DNA of 64,000 nucleotides. Origin: Entomortierella parvispora E1425 (lineage: Eukaryota; Fungi; Mortierellomycota). The notes under the pieces were generated by a model. That model did not search any database, was not told the DNA's origin, and was given only the letters and a program-made list of their open reading frames with translations. Each line of letters starts with the position of its first letter. Position 1 is the first letter of the stretch. Made by a program: the position numbers and the translations under genes. Shown in pieces: positions 22,738 through 35,200 of this stretch. Location of the stretch: assembly GCA_020891255.1 (NCBI GenBank), contig BQFW01000001.1:2046001-2110000 (forward strand), in the 5' to 3' direction.

Positions 22738-23655
22738 TCAGGTTTGCTTCGCAATCTTAATCTGGAAGGTACAAGCGGGCAAGGAGGAGGTTTCTGCAAC
22801 AACAACACTCGCAATACCTAGGTTTGATAGGATACCACGAAGAATTCCACAGGGGAACCAGAGATACTGTCGAGAGGCAAAAACAGGACACAACAATTAG
22901 TTTACGGAATCTGGCTGCAATGTACGCGACGCTCCCAACTCCACTTACCGGTGTTACACGTTTTACTGACTCAGCCGAGCTTTGATCATGAGCCATTCTT
23001 GTGAACCATCGGAAGCTGTTGTCCTGCAGTACGTATACACCCTACGGGAGTAAGAATTTAGCGATAAGAAGACGAGGTGGTCGTCAGTTGTTGATCCATT
23101 GAAACGCAATGACAAGAGTTACTACTGTAAAAAAAATGCTCAATCCTGGACATACTCTGTGATTTGTCTTCAGATTATCAATCTGCTTCTTGAAGAGAAA
23201 CATCCAGACTTCCTTGCAAACAAATTTTACCACGTCCAGATTGTCAGTGAAGCGCAACCTGTCTTTGCTGATTCTATGGTATAATATAGGAATGGATTTC
23301 ACGCAGAGTAATTTTCAGGCAGAATGGGTTAGCTACCTTTGCCGCAGGTATGACAATACACGAGGTGCATGTTCAAGACAAGGACCCGTCCTTACTTTTC
23401 GATAAGCCTCTCTCCTACACGGAATCCAATCATTTCCAGCTTGTAATATACTGCCTCCATAGCTTCATCTCCTTCTGAGTAGTCCTTGGGTCCACCAGCG
23501 CCATCGTTGGGGTTGCCATAAGAGGGGTCAAAGTCTGTTCCGGTTTTGAGGGGGTCATCTTTAATGGTTCGAATCATGGCCTCGACCATCTCTGTGGTCA
23601 AGAACTCGACTGCGGCCTCATTGACGAGCTTAGACGGGACCTGATTTGCTGCCAT
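22738..23655 (-). CDS. TRS33: TRAPP complex subunit Trs33 / TRAPPC6
   Basis: [52 protein letters not shown] and [14 protein letters not shown]; stop TGA at 22738-22740. Confidence 0.93.
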
Positions 23656-24031
23656 GGCTGATGTGTGTCTGGCAAGGCGAGATGGCGATGGCGATGGCGA
23701 TGGCGTTCCTGTCTGAATCCAGGTGGATGATGAGGGGATGCAATTTGGTGCTCAGCGACTGAACGCGTCCGTGGTGGGTCTGGCCGCACGCGCTCACGTA
23801 CAAGAAGCACTCGACTCGGTCAAACGGACAACGTGCTCACGTACAGCGTCCGAGACCGTCAAAAGTTGCGGTCTCAATCAAGACATGCAATGTCGCCTGT
23901 GTCTCTCCCCCATCCACACAACCACACGCCCTTGTTCCCCCTCCCCCATCGCCCATCGTCGTAAGCTCTCTGCTCCCTCCTCATCCTTACTCTCGCCAGC
24001 CCAGCCCGTCCACATCGCACCGAGCGCAGCC

Positions 24032-24756
24032 ATGTCAGAGCCACATCAATCCGGAGATGAACTCGATGACTACAAGGAGCAAGATCGCTTCCTGCCTATT
24101 GCCAACGTTGCTCGTATTATGAAGAAGGCTCTCCCCGATAATGCAAAGATTGCAAAGGAGGCCAAGGAAACTGTTCAGGAATGCGTGTCAGAATTCATCT
24201 CGTTCATTACGAGCGAAGGTAAAAATGACCCAATTGTCTTGACCAACCAACCAACGCAGCAGACCCGGTGCCACAAAAAATGATTTTTTTTTTTTGGTCC
24301 GTTGCTGACGTCCAATGACCACCCTTTGTCAAATCACTTTCAACGACAATCTCGTTCATAGCTAGCGATAGATGTCAATTGGAGAAGCGAAAGACGATCA
24401 ATGGTGAAGATATTCTGTGGGCCATGCAGTCGCTTGGATTTGAGAATTACGCAGAGGCTCTCAAGATCTACCTTTCAAAATACCGAGAGGTAATTTTTGC
24501 GCTTTCTTTGCCTTTTGTGTATGACTGGCTGAGAGTTGGGCCACGTTGCGAAAACAATTGAAAAACAACAACTAACCTTGTCTACATGCTCTTCTCACAG
24601 ACCACAAAAATCGAACGTCAGGCTGCCACCTCCAAAGACAAGGAAGGCGACGAGGACTCTAAGAACCTCGACGATGGAACACACTTCCAAGCGCAGGATC
24701 TTAATGCCAGTTATTATCAAGCCCAGAATGGCGACTACCAGGGATTGCACCAATAG
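24032..24756 (+). CDS. HAP3: CCAAT-binding factor subunit NF-YB / Hap3
   Basis: [47 protein letters not shown], then [30 protein letters not shown]; three exons. Confidence 0.96.
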
Positions 24757-24845
24757 ACTGCTTCTCCTCTCCCTCCTTTTTCACCTGCATAGAACCCGTG
24801 TCCATTTGTAACAATATATACATTCTTTTTTCTAATAAATACAGT

Positions 24846-26099
24846 TCAACACCCAAGAAAAACAAGGGCCTTGTTCAAAGAGTCTGCAGCTGTTTTCATG
24901 CTTGCAAGTTGCTTTTCAGTCCAGTCTGCGCGGGGAGGGTCTCGGAGCCACCAAGGGGCAATGTTGATTTGCAAGTGGTAGAGGATGACCTTGTATTCCT
25001 GGTTACCTACGCCAAACTGGAGCATCCCGTGCTTGTCCTTCAAAACTTTCAAAAAGTATTGGAGCAACTCCTTTTGATCATCCGTCATGTCCCTCAACTT
25101 TTCTTGCTCGTCTTCATCGTAGGGGTCCTCTGAACGCGCAAAAATCCACTCGAACCCCGCGCACCACTCATGCTCAGCAGGAAATCCACCCGCAAACTCA
25201 AAGTCATGAAGGCCCACAATCCGGTTACCAATCACCAACATGTTTCTTGACTCAAAATCACCGTGAAGAAAGCACATGGGGCGATCCTCGGTCACACCCT
25301 CGGGAAGTTCATCTTTGTTGCCGAATTGCTTCTCGAGTTCTCCTAATTCGACCTTTTGGATCAGCCTCTCGAGCCTGGGCAGGAAAGGTACAATTTCGAC
25401 AAAGTTGTCTGCGACCTCCTGCATGTTCTTGATCTCGTTCCTGATGTTCTTGACGACAAACTCGCCCCATGTCTGGAAGGGTCCTCCACCGCCTTCCATG
25501 AGAGGGCCGACCTCGGGTTGGTCCTCTGGACCACGGACAAAGTTTCCGATAGCGTTGATATCAATGGATCGCAGCCTGGCAAAAATTTCGGCAGCTTGGT
25601 CTGCGATTGTCTTCTTGTCGTCCTGCGACATCTCATCCCAGACAGAGTCGAGTGGCACACCGGGCAGTCGACTCATGATGATATAGTCGTAGGGGATAAT
25701 CTTTAAGGACTCTTCGGTGTGCACCTTGGCCTCTTCAATACTCGTTCCCAAGATGGTGGGCACCTCGACAATCCCTCCAAGAGCCTTTTTCGCCAGCTTG
25801 AGGGCCTGTACCTCGTTTGTGATCTTTGTATGGTTCCAGAAACGTCCCCCAAGTCGGATCACATATTCAGAACCGTCAGTGCATCTCGCGAGGTACACTC
25901 GATTGTTGAATCCACGCTTGAAGTAAAAGAGATCGCCCAATTGCTTCTGGAGGTGAAAATCAATCAAGCGTTGGGCTTTGGCGAACGTGAGAAAGATTCC
26001 CTTGCGAGGACCTTGGGTCTCGACATAGACATTGGTAGTGAGAGTCTCCTCATCTGCGGTGGCAGGGATGGGAATGATATTACTATCCTCTGCAGTCAT
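24846..26099 (-). CDS. Aminoglycoside phosphotransferase / choline-kinase-like (APH family) protein, 417 aa, intronless
   Basis: GFNNRVY (glycine-loop region), YVIRL, NEVQAL, YIIMSRLPGVPL, Brenner motif HGDFESRNML and metal-binding DFE. Confidence 0.88.
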   Translation of the reverse strand: MTAEDSNIIPIPATADEETLTTNVYVETQGPRKGIFLTFAKAQRLIDFHLQKQLGDLFYFKRGFNNRVYLARCTDGSEYVIRLGGRFWNHTKITNEVQALKLAKKALGGIVEVPTILGTSIEEAKVHTEESLKIIPYDYIIMSRLPGVPLDSVWDEMSQDDKKTIADQAAEIFARLRSIDINAIGNFVRGPEDQPEVGPLMEGGGGPFQTWGEFVVKNIRNEIKNMQEVADNFVEIVPFLPRLERLIQKVELGELEKQFGNKDELPEGVTEDRPMCFLHGDFESRNMLVIGNRIVGLHDFEFAGGFPAEHEWCAGFEWIFARSEDPYDEDEQEKLRDMTDDQKELLQYFLKVLKDKHGMLQFGVGNQEYKVILYHLQINIAPWWLRDPPRADWTEKQLASMKTAADSLNKALVFLGC

Positions 26100-27583
26100 T
26101 GTTCCCTGATTTTTGTTGGAGTGAAAAGAGGGAAGAGGAAGGGACTAGAGAGAATGTGTTTGAAAAGGAAAAGAAGAAAGGAAGAAAGGAAGAAAGGAAA
26201 AAAAACTTCGAATCTTATAAACAGTTTCGCGAATGAAAAAAGGCTCCATCGAGTCCAGTAAAGCCAATGCCGCAGTATTTCAAAGAAGCTGCAGCCCGCA
26301 TCGATCTGTGGGGCTCTGACCGTCAATCCTAGGTATAGGATGCAGCAGTCTTTAGAAATCAAAAACTGCCGCGCAAACCAACCTCAAACATGTTTGTTGG
26401 AAAGAGAGACTTCCCGCTCGCGTTCCGCGTGAAAAGGCGCGTGCAAAAAATTGGCCATGGTTGCGCCAGTGCGCCACCAATCACCAAGTAGAAAACGTGC
26501 TCTGTCAAATCATTATCGTCATGACCGTCGTCAGGGGGCCCTGGCTCTAGTCGCCAGGACAGGTACAAAAAGGCAAGGCGTAGGCGCCATGGTCACATCG
26601 AGCCATGAGCGAAAGCGAGCAAGAACATGAGAAAGAAAGCAAGAAGACAGCGCGGGCCCCACGACCCTCGTCACATCCATCGCTCTTGTCCCGCTCTGGC
26701 ATGAGATTGTGAGAGTCATTGTGTCCAAGATAGGGTTGTTGTGTGTGTGCCTGGCGTGCCTGTCTGTCTTGCCTTGCTTCCTTCCTTCTTTCCTTCCTTC
26801 TTCTTCTTGCCTGCACCCTCCTTCTCTCTTCCCCAGCATCTCTCCTTCCTTCTCTTTTCTCCTTCCATCCAACCAGCGCAAAAGAAGGTAACAGCCAGCA
26901 CAGGACCCTACCACTTGCTCACTTTGTCCCGGTCGGTCCCCTTTGCCATCCACACACGGACCTGAATCCCCATTCGTGCCAAAGGGCATGCATTTCGTCA
27001 GATGATGGACTCTCCTTTTTTTCTTGGCCGGCCTCCGGGCCCTTGGACCGTCCGTCGACCACCCGGCCGCAGAGAACACGAGGACGACACCAGTCCTTTG
27101 CCTGGGTGCTCAGTGGGGGCCAAGCCATTGACAAGCTTCCTCTCCTTGCTCCTCTATCTTTTTTTTTTTTTTGTTCTCTCTGTTAATTCTCTCATTTGCC
27201 TCATCCCCTTGTCCTCCCATTCCTATCCCTGTGCTCAGTCTGTAAGCATTTAGATGTTACTCATCGTGGCTCGACTCTTGCCATCCCTTCTCCGCCTGAT
27301 CACCTCCCCGTGAATGAACTGCCCTGCCACACGTCCACGCGCCACATCGTTCTAACATATTCCGGTTGCTGTGCCGCTCCCTTTTTTTTTACTTCTTTCT
27401 TTTAACTTGCTTTCATAGACGAGAACAGCGGACTGAAGTAAAAGTACCGGTGCCCCATTATACCCATTGTATCCCAATCTAAAGGAGCGAGCACGAACAC
27501 CGCTTCTTCACGCGAGATAGACTGCGTCCGGATAGATTAGACGCGAGTGACTCGGACAGCCCCTATTAGAACATCAGCCCAGC

Positions 27584-30500
27584 ATGTCGAACAACATCAA
27601 GGTCGTCTGTCGATTCCGTCCTCAGAATTCGCTGGAAATCAGAGAGGGCGGTCAGCCAATCATCAACTACGATGACAATGGTCAATCCGTCAAGGTCGAC
27701 GTAAGTGGCTGCTCGGCAGTAAAACACTGGAGACACAGGCAGCTATCTCAATCAATTGTCGATCGTGCTTACGAATGACTAACCCGAACGGCCCACCTCC
27801 TTCTGAAATATGAACCCTTGCTTCAACAGAGCAAAGAATATCCAGGAACCTTCACCTTTGATCGTGTTTTCCCCTCGGACTCCAAGCAAAAGGACGTCTT
27901 TGACTACTCCATCAGCACCATTGTCGACGGTATGTTCCCGAGTTGTGCCTGCTTTTGCGTTCCCGTAGCAGGATTTTACATTCTAACGAAACTACTCTCG
28001 TATTATCGTATTAGATGTCATCAACGGATACAACGGTACAGTGTTTGCCTATGGTCAGACCGGTTCAGGAAAGACCTTTACAATGATGGTAAGAGGGCCG
28101 TCTGTGCCTGACCCGAAAGAATATTTTAGACTGCCAAAGAGTGGTTTACACTGACCACTCTCCTTTTGGCCATGTGCCACCAATAGGGACCGTCCATTGA
28201 CGACGAGAACACAAAGGGTATCATTCCACGAATTGTCGACCAAATTTTCGCCAGCATCTTGGCCTCGCCTTCGACCATGGAGTACACGGTCAAAGTTTCG
28301 TACATGGAAATCTACATGGAAAAGATTCGTGATTTGCTCAATCGTACGTATACAACTCTGGTTCATGGATGGAGAATTGCTGGGCATATTGTTCAATTCA
28401 CAGGAAACGTCTTCTGAACTTGCTTTTACATTCTTGACATTGCACAGCCGTCAATGATAACCTGCCGATCCATGAGGAAAAGAATCGAGGCGTCTACGTA
28501 AAGGGGTTGTTTGAGGTCTATGTCAGTTCTATTTCAGAGATTCACGAGGTCATGCGTCGCGGTGGAAACAGCAGAATGGTCGCATATACCAGTAAGTATT
28601 GCATCCTTGTAGAGGCTGGATTATTGACCAGCTCTTGTCCTTTTTCTGACAGCAATTTTCCCTTTTTTTTCTTTTTGATTTTGGTTTTGATTTTCAGACA
28701 TGAACTCTGAGAGTTCAAGATCTCACTCTATTTTCGTCGTCACCATTTCCCAAAAGAACTTGGTGGACGGCAGTGTTAAGAGCGGAAAACTCTACCTCGT
28801 CGATTTGGCCGGTTCTGAAAAGGTCGGAAAGACTGGCGCTTCAGGTCAAACACTGGAGGAAGCTAAAAAGATCAACAAATCTCTTTCTGCTCTTGGAATG
28901 GTCATCAATGCACTTACAGACGGCAAGGTAAGGAAGTAATTGTTAAAGCTAGGTAATACTGCTTCGATGACTCCAAGGACGTTTCTGACATGACCTTTTA
29001 TTTATGGTGTCACATAGTCAACCCACATTCCCTATCGTGACAGTAAATTGACGAGAATTTTGCAAGAATCCTTGGGAGGAAACTCAAGGACCACTCTTAT
29101 CATCAACTGTTCCCCATCGTCCTACAACGATGCCGAAACTGTCGGAACCCTCAGGTTCGGTACAAGAGCGAAGAGCATCAAGAACAAGGCCAAAATCAAC
29201 CAGGAACTTAGTGCTGCAGAACTCAAGATCCTACTCAAGAAGGTTCGGGCCGAGGGTCTTACTTATACTCAGTACATTGCCGCATTGGAGGGAGAGGTCG
29301 GTATCTGGCGCCAGGGAGGCACTGTGCCCAAGGGAGATTGGGCCAGCATGGAGAAGATTCAGGCTGGCGGCGGTACGACACCCATCTCCAGTGTTCCTGG
29401 GTATATGACGCAGCAAGATACCTCACGGCCGTCAACACCTGCCATTGCGCTTGAGCTGGATGAGCGTGAAGAGTTCTTGAAGCGTGAGAACGAACTGACG
29501 GACCAGATTGCAGAAAAGGAGGCGGAGCTCTTGGCAAAGCAACAAATGCTCGACTCAATGAAGGAGGAGCTCACTTACCTCAAGGAGCAAGATTCATCCA
29601 GTGCCGTCTTTGAGTTGAACGACCTTAAGCTTCAGTTGGAGAAGGTATCCTATGAGAACAAGGAGGGTGCCATCACCGTCGACAGTCTTCGAGAGGTCAA
29701 CCAGGAGCTTTCCAAGGACCTGGAGGAACTCAAGAAGCAACTTATGGAGATGCGCGTAGCCCAAAAGGACTTGAGCGATGGTGACAAGGAAAAGAAGAAG
29801 ATGGAGAAGATGGCTCAGATGATGGCTGACTTGGATCCTTCTGGTGAGATCTCTGCCAAGGAAGCTCAGCTTCGCGAAACTCTCTTCAAGTTTGAGTCAC
29901 CTTCCGGTCTTTCAGCGGAAGAAACGATTGCCATCCGCAAGGAAATTGCTCAACAGCGATCGATCATTGAGCAGCACGAGCAGACGATCGCGGACTTGAA
30001 CCACGAGAACGCCTCCCTGACTATTAAACGGGACGGACTCGAGATGCGCCTCACTGCCGCCGAGCTGGAGTATGAGGAGCTCCTCGACAAGACCATTGCC
30101 GATGAAGAGGCCAACTCGTCTATTGACGTTCTGGAGACCATTTCAGAGCTTCGAAACAAGGTCGAGGCGCAATACTCTGCCAAGCGGGATCAGGCCCAGC
30201 AGGAGATCGAGCAGCTGAAGCAGGAGGTCGCTCGTCGTAACGAAGATATCCAGAAGTTGAGCATCAACGTGACTGAGTTGAAGCGCGGTAACGAAGAGCT
30301 CAAGGAGCAGATCGAACGTCAAAGTCATCACTCGAGCAGTGGACTCTGGGAGGGCAAGGATATGACTGAGCGTGAACGTGACATGGAGCGCATTCGCAAG
30401 ACCATGGCCCAGCAACTCGCCGACTTTGACGTTATGAAGAAGGCTTTGATGCGCGATCTGCAAAACCGATGCGAGAAGGTGGTGGAGCTCGAGATCTCTT

Positions 30501-31173
30501 TGGACGAAACCCGGGAACAGTACAACAATGTTCTCCGCAACAGCAACAACAAAGCACAGCAGAAGAAGATGGCTTTCTTGGAGCGGAACTTGGAGCAATT
30601 GACGCTGGTCCAGAAGCAACTAGTTGAACAGAACTCTTCCCTTAAGAAGGAAGTTGCCATCTCGGAGCGCAAGCTGGTTGCCCGCAATGAGCGCATCCAG
30701 AGTCTGGAGAGCCTGTTGCAGGATGCCCAAGAGAAGCTGACGAGTCAAAACCACAAGTTTGAGACTCAATTGCAGGCTGTCCGTGAGCGACTCGAGCAAG
30801 CACGATGTAAGTCATGAATGAAAGAACGGAAGCAAGGTATCAACGTATGGGTGCAATTTTCTAACAGTGGCCATTGCTTGTTGTTAACAGCCCAAAAATC
30901 TGCGGCCAACGCCATGAGCCTCAACTTTGGACGGATTGCCAAGCCTCTGCGCGGAGGAGCCCCCACCGTCGACAACGGGTAAGGATGACCTTTTTTTTCT
31001 TCTGAGAACCAGGTGCGATAGTGAACGTTGTTGGCTAACCTCTTGAGCAATAACGATGTGATATCTATAGAAGCGCTCCCACGGATGAGAACTACTCACC
31101 AAGCTCGCCCACCAAGGGACAGCTCCCCGATCGCCGGACAAGCTGGTTGGGCGGCTGGAGGAACGGTGCATAG
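27584..31173 (+). CDS. Conventional kinesin (kinesin-1) heavy chain
   Basis: [10 protein letters not shown]-loop GQTGSGKT, switch I SSRSH, switch [35 protein letters not shown]; long coiled coil; autoinhibitory RIAKPLRGG tail and terminal RRTSW; stop TAG at 31171-31173. Confidence 0.97.
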
Positions 31174-32258
31174 GCTCTTTTTGTCAAAACACAACACACA
31201 AGCAATGCCAAATAAAATCAAACGACGGTCACGCTTCAAACAAGGTATAAAAAGGGTCGTTTCTTGCTCTTCTATGAAAATTTTTCTTCATCCTTTCCTT
31301 CCCTTCCCTTCCATCCCTCTTCCCTTTTTACTTCTTCACCCATCTCCCCGTCGCCCTGACAGCGACTCCAAGCCTGGTTGTATACTACTATTGTTTAGCG
31401 ATCCATGATTAAAGAAATGTTCACTGTGGTCCCCCCTTCCCCATGTTCAGTGTTTTGATTGTTGCCAGATGTGCTCTCAACGCCTCGAATGCTTCCATCC
31501 CACCTTCCTTTCCACATACATACACACAAACACACAACCACGGAGGTCTATTCAATCAATTGCGCGATATCAATGTGCAATTGCGTGGGAAAAACCTCCA
31601 AGAAAGTAAAATGTAACGAGGGTCTTACTAACCCTCGTGCACCATGCTCTCGTTGCCTTTGGGTCTAGCGGCTCAGGGGTGATCTATGTTCATATTCCTC
31701 TCTTCATCGGGGTCTTTTGTTCAGCAGAGTCGTGCGAAATATCCATTCCTTCCTCCCTTCATATATTGGTGTTTTTCTAAACAATAAAAAAAAATTGAGA
31801 AAAAAAAATCATTTTGGAATGCTGTGCTTGATCTGCTTGTTTTTGTCGCTGACTTGATCTCGACATGTTTTTATGACCATTGTGAAGTGCATTGTCGCTT
31901 CGATTGCGATGGAGCAAAGATCTCTGAAGATCTTTCCACAGACGGCGGCGAAGAAACGCGATCATCATCACGTGGACCATGATGACACCACTGGCACGCC
32001 GTTCCCCACTCGCCACTCGGGTAAACAGGGCGGCGTCAAATTGCTTAGTTTGTCTTTGGCTTTTTCCGCTGCAGTAAACGTTCCTTTTTTTTTTTCTCAT
32101 GACATCCGCGGAGGGTCCCAGGTCCGTCCGTTCCTCTCTTGTCTCTCTTCCTTTCTCGTTTATCCGTACTCTTCTGTAGCCCTTGTCCTTGCCTGTCTTT
32201 CTCTCTCTCGCTCTCTCTCTCTCTGTCCTGGTAACAGCACAGCACATCACAGTCAGAC

Positions 32259-35200
32259 ATGCCACAGCCCATGGTCGTGCAGTGGCCCTCTGTGACAGAA
32301 GACCGATTGTTTGCAAATGAAGGGCCGGATCGCAATCCCCTCCCCTTTCTCGAATCCCTTTGTCGTCAGAGGGAAGGATGGGTAAGTAGTACATATCCAG
32401 ACCGATTCCTCCTTCCTTCCACTTGACATTGTAGGATGGTCCATTGATCGCCTTGCGTTCCTTTTGCTTTACAGGGTCCATCGAGCCCTGATCGGTTCGA
32501 CTTGACGCCATGTTTCGAGTACAGGTAAACAAGTGCTGTGCATGTTTGGGAAGACTGAGAATCGACTTTGTTATCAAGAGGGGCATGTTTGTTCTGACTG
32601 TACACACCCCATTCCCCCCCTCCCCTCTCACCAGCGTGCTATATGGCGCACTTTCTGCGATAGCACTTTTAGTCTTTCTTGGACGATTCTGGTTCCTGTC
32701 CATCCATGGCCAGGCTCATCATCTTGGCCGAACTGCCTGGATCTACTGGCCTACTCAGGCTGCCATGACTTTGGCCGCAGGAGTCATCTTGGGTGAAGCG
32801 TGGGTTCTTGCCACGGATGAAACGGCCTCTACGGTGGCTGTGTTGGGCTGCATAGGCATGGGCTTAGCTTGGGTAAACAATCTTCCTCCCTCCATATGCA
32901 CATTCGCGATCTATCTGACCCTGTGCACAGGCACCATGTGTTTTGCCTCCTGATCTGACCTGATTTACCCGATCTTCTTGATTACAACAGACATCAGCTG
33001 TCATGGTGAATCGACTGGAACATATGTACGAAATCCGATCGTCGACATCCATCTTTGCATTCTACGTGGCCTCTATTCTCTCGACCCTTGTTATCCTTCG
33101 AACACACTTTGAGTCGCCCATCAGTATCCTCACGTCGCCCTCGGAGCCATATGTTGCTCAGCTACAAATTGCATTTGTTGGTATTTTGCTCGTTGGCTTT
33201 ATCTTTGAGGCCTGGCCCAGAGGTTCAACCCAGGTCCAAAGGTCCAGCGGTGCGTGCGAATACGACAAGGCCAATATTTTCTCCAGGTTGACGTTTTACT
33301 TTTATCAGCCTATTGTCACTGTCGGGTTGAGAAGGACACTGACGGCCAAGGATATTGCGAATATTTTACCCGAAAACCTCAGGACCGAGCATGGCTGTCG
33401 TATACTCTCAAGACGCTGGAATAACCGAGTCAAGAGGTGGAAGGAGCAGTGCAGGATCTACAATCAGAGTTTACAAGGTGCCGCGATGCGGAAGACGGTC
33501 CCCCGTCCACAACCGCCTTCGTTGTTCTGGACGGTGATTCGGACCCATCTCGTGGGGTTCATCCCCATCCTCGTTTGTCGAATCGTGATCGTGTTGCTGT
33601 CGTTTATTCTTCCTGCTCTGCTCAGCCGATTGCTGAGTTATCTGGATGATTACGAGGACAAGCCGCTTTCTTACGGAATCACACTGGCCTGCAGTATGTT
33701 TGTAGTGGCGCTCTCGGTCGCGCTTCTGTACACTTATAACCGCTACCAGATGTTTTTAATCGGAGCTAGCACGCGTGCTGCTTTGATCTCGATGGTCTAC
33801 CGCAAATCCTTGAGACTGTCCCCCGGATCGCGAAATAAGTCCACGACAGGCGAAATTAGTATGTATACGATTAGGTGAATGATGATAGCGCTCGGTATCA
33901 GCTATTACTCCTGTGACTAACGCTCACCAATTGCAACCTAGCCAACCATATGGCCGTGGATGCAGAACAATGGGGCGATGCCATGATCTATCTTTCTATG
34001 TGGATCTCAATCCCAATTGAGATTGTCATTGGCTTGCTGATGTTGTATCAATTTTTGGGATGGACTATGCTTGCCGGCTTTATCGGCATGCTTTTGCTAC
34101 TCCCTCTGCAAGCATGGCAGGCAAGAGTCTTTGAATCTATGCAGGATGACAAGTTGTCAGCTATGGATCAACGTGTACGCTTGACAACTGAGGTGTTGGC
34201 GGGAATCAAAGTCGTCAAGGTACAACTTTTTTTTTTTTTTTTTTTTTTTTGCAAAATCCACAGTTTTGCGCAAATATTCTAATTGCGCTATTGCCATTGA
34301 CTTTTAGCTTTACGGATGGGAGTCAGCTTTCCGTCAGAGAGTGTTGAACGTTCGAAACACAGAACTCGTGGCGCTCAAGAGACTCGGACTGGTTCAATCG
34401 TTCATGTCGATTGTCTTCATCTCGTCTTCGCTCATCATCAGTCTGATCACGTTCGGAGTGTACGGTCTTTGGGGCGGACCAAATTTCACGCCCGGAAAAT
34501 TGACGCCCCAGACCGTGTTCGTGAGTATGACCCTCTTTGGCATGTTGAGAGGACCTATTGCGAGTCTCAGTGATGCCACGACAACGACCATCTCTGTTGT
34601 TGTGGGCACCAGACGCATACAAGAGTTCCTGCTGTCGGAGGAGGTGGACGAAGATGAAATTTTGCGATTCAGGAACCCACCTCAGAATCCCAACGACCCT
34701 TCGGTTCTCATCCAGGATGCCAGCTTTACTTGGGCTGATCGTTCTGTGGATGCGCAAGACGAGGGATCTTCCACTGAACACACAGGACTCCTCGCCGACT
34801 TTGATGGTCACCCCTCAGAGCCTCCAACGCTTCAGAATCTGGACCTTGCGATCCCACAGGGGAGCTTGACAGCCGTTGTCGGAAGAGTTGCTCAGGGCAA
34901 GAGCTCACTTTTCAGTGCCATCATTGGTGAAATGTACAAGTTGCAAGGAAAAGTCCAAGTGTGTGGTCGCATCGCATTTGTCCCTCAACAGGTAACATGT
35001 GAACTAAGAAAACACCTGCTCGTCGATACTTTATTCATCCATTTCACTCACTCCATGGCTTATATGTTCATTCACTCTATAGGCATGGGTGATTAACGCG
35101 ACCTTGCGAGAGAACATTGTCTTTGGCAGCAGCTACGATGAAGAGAAATATCAACAAATTCTCTTTGCCTGCGGTTTACTGCCAGATATTGCTATGCTTC

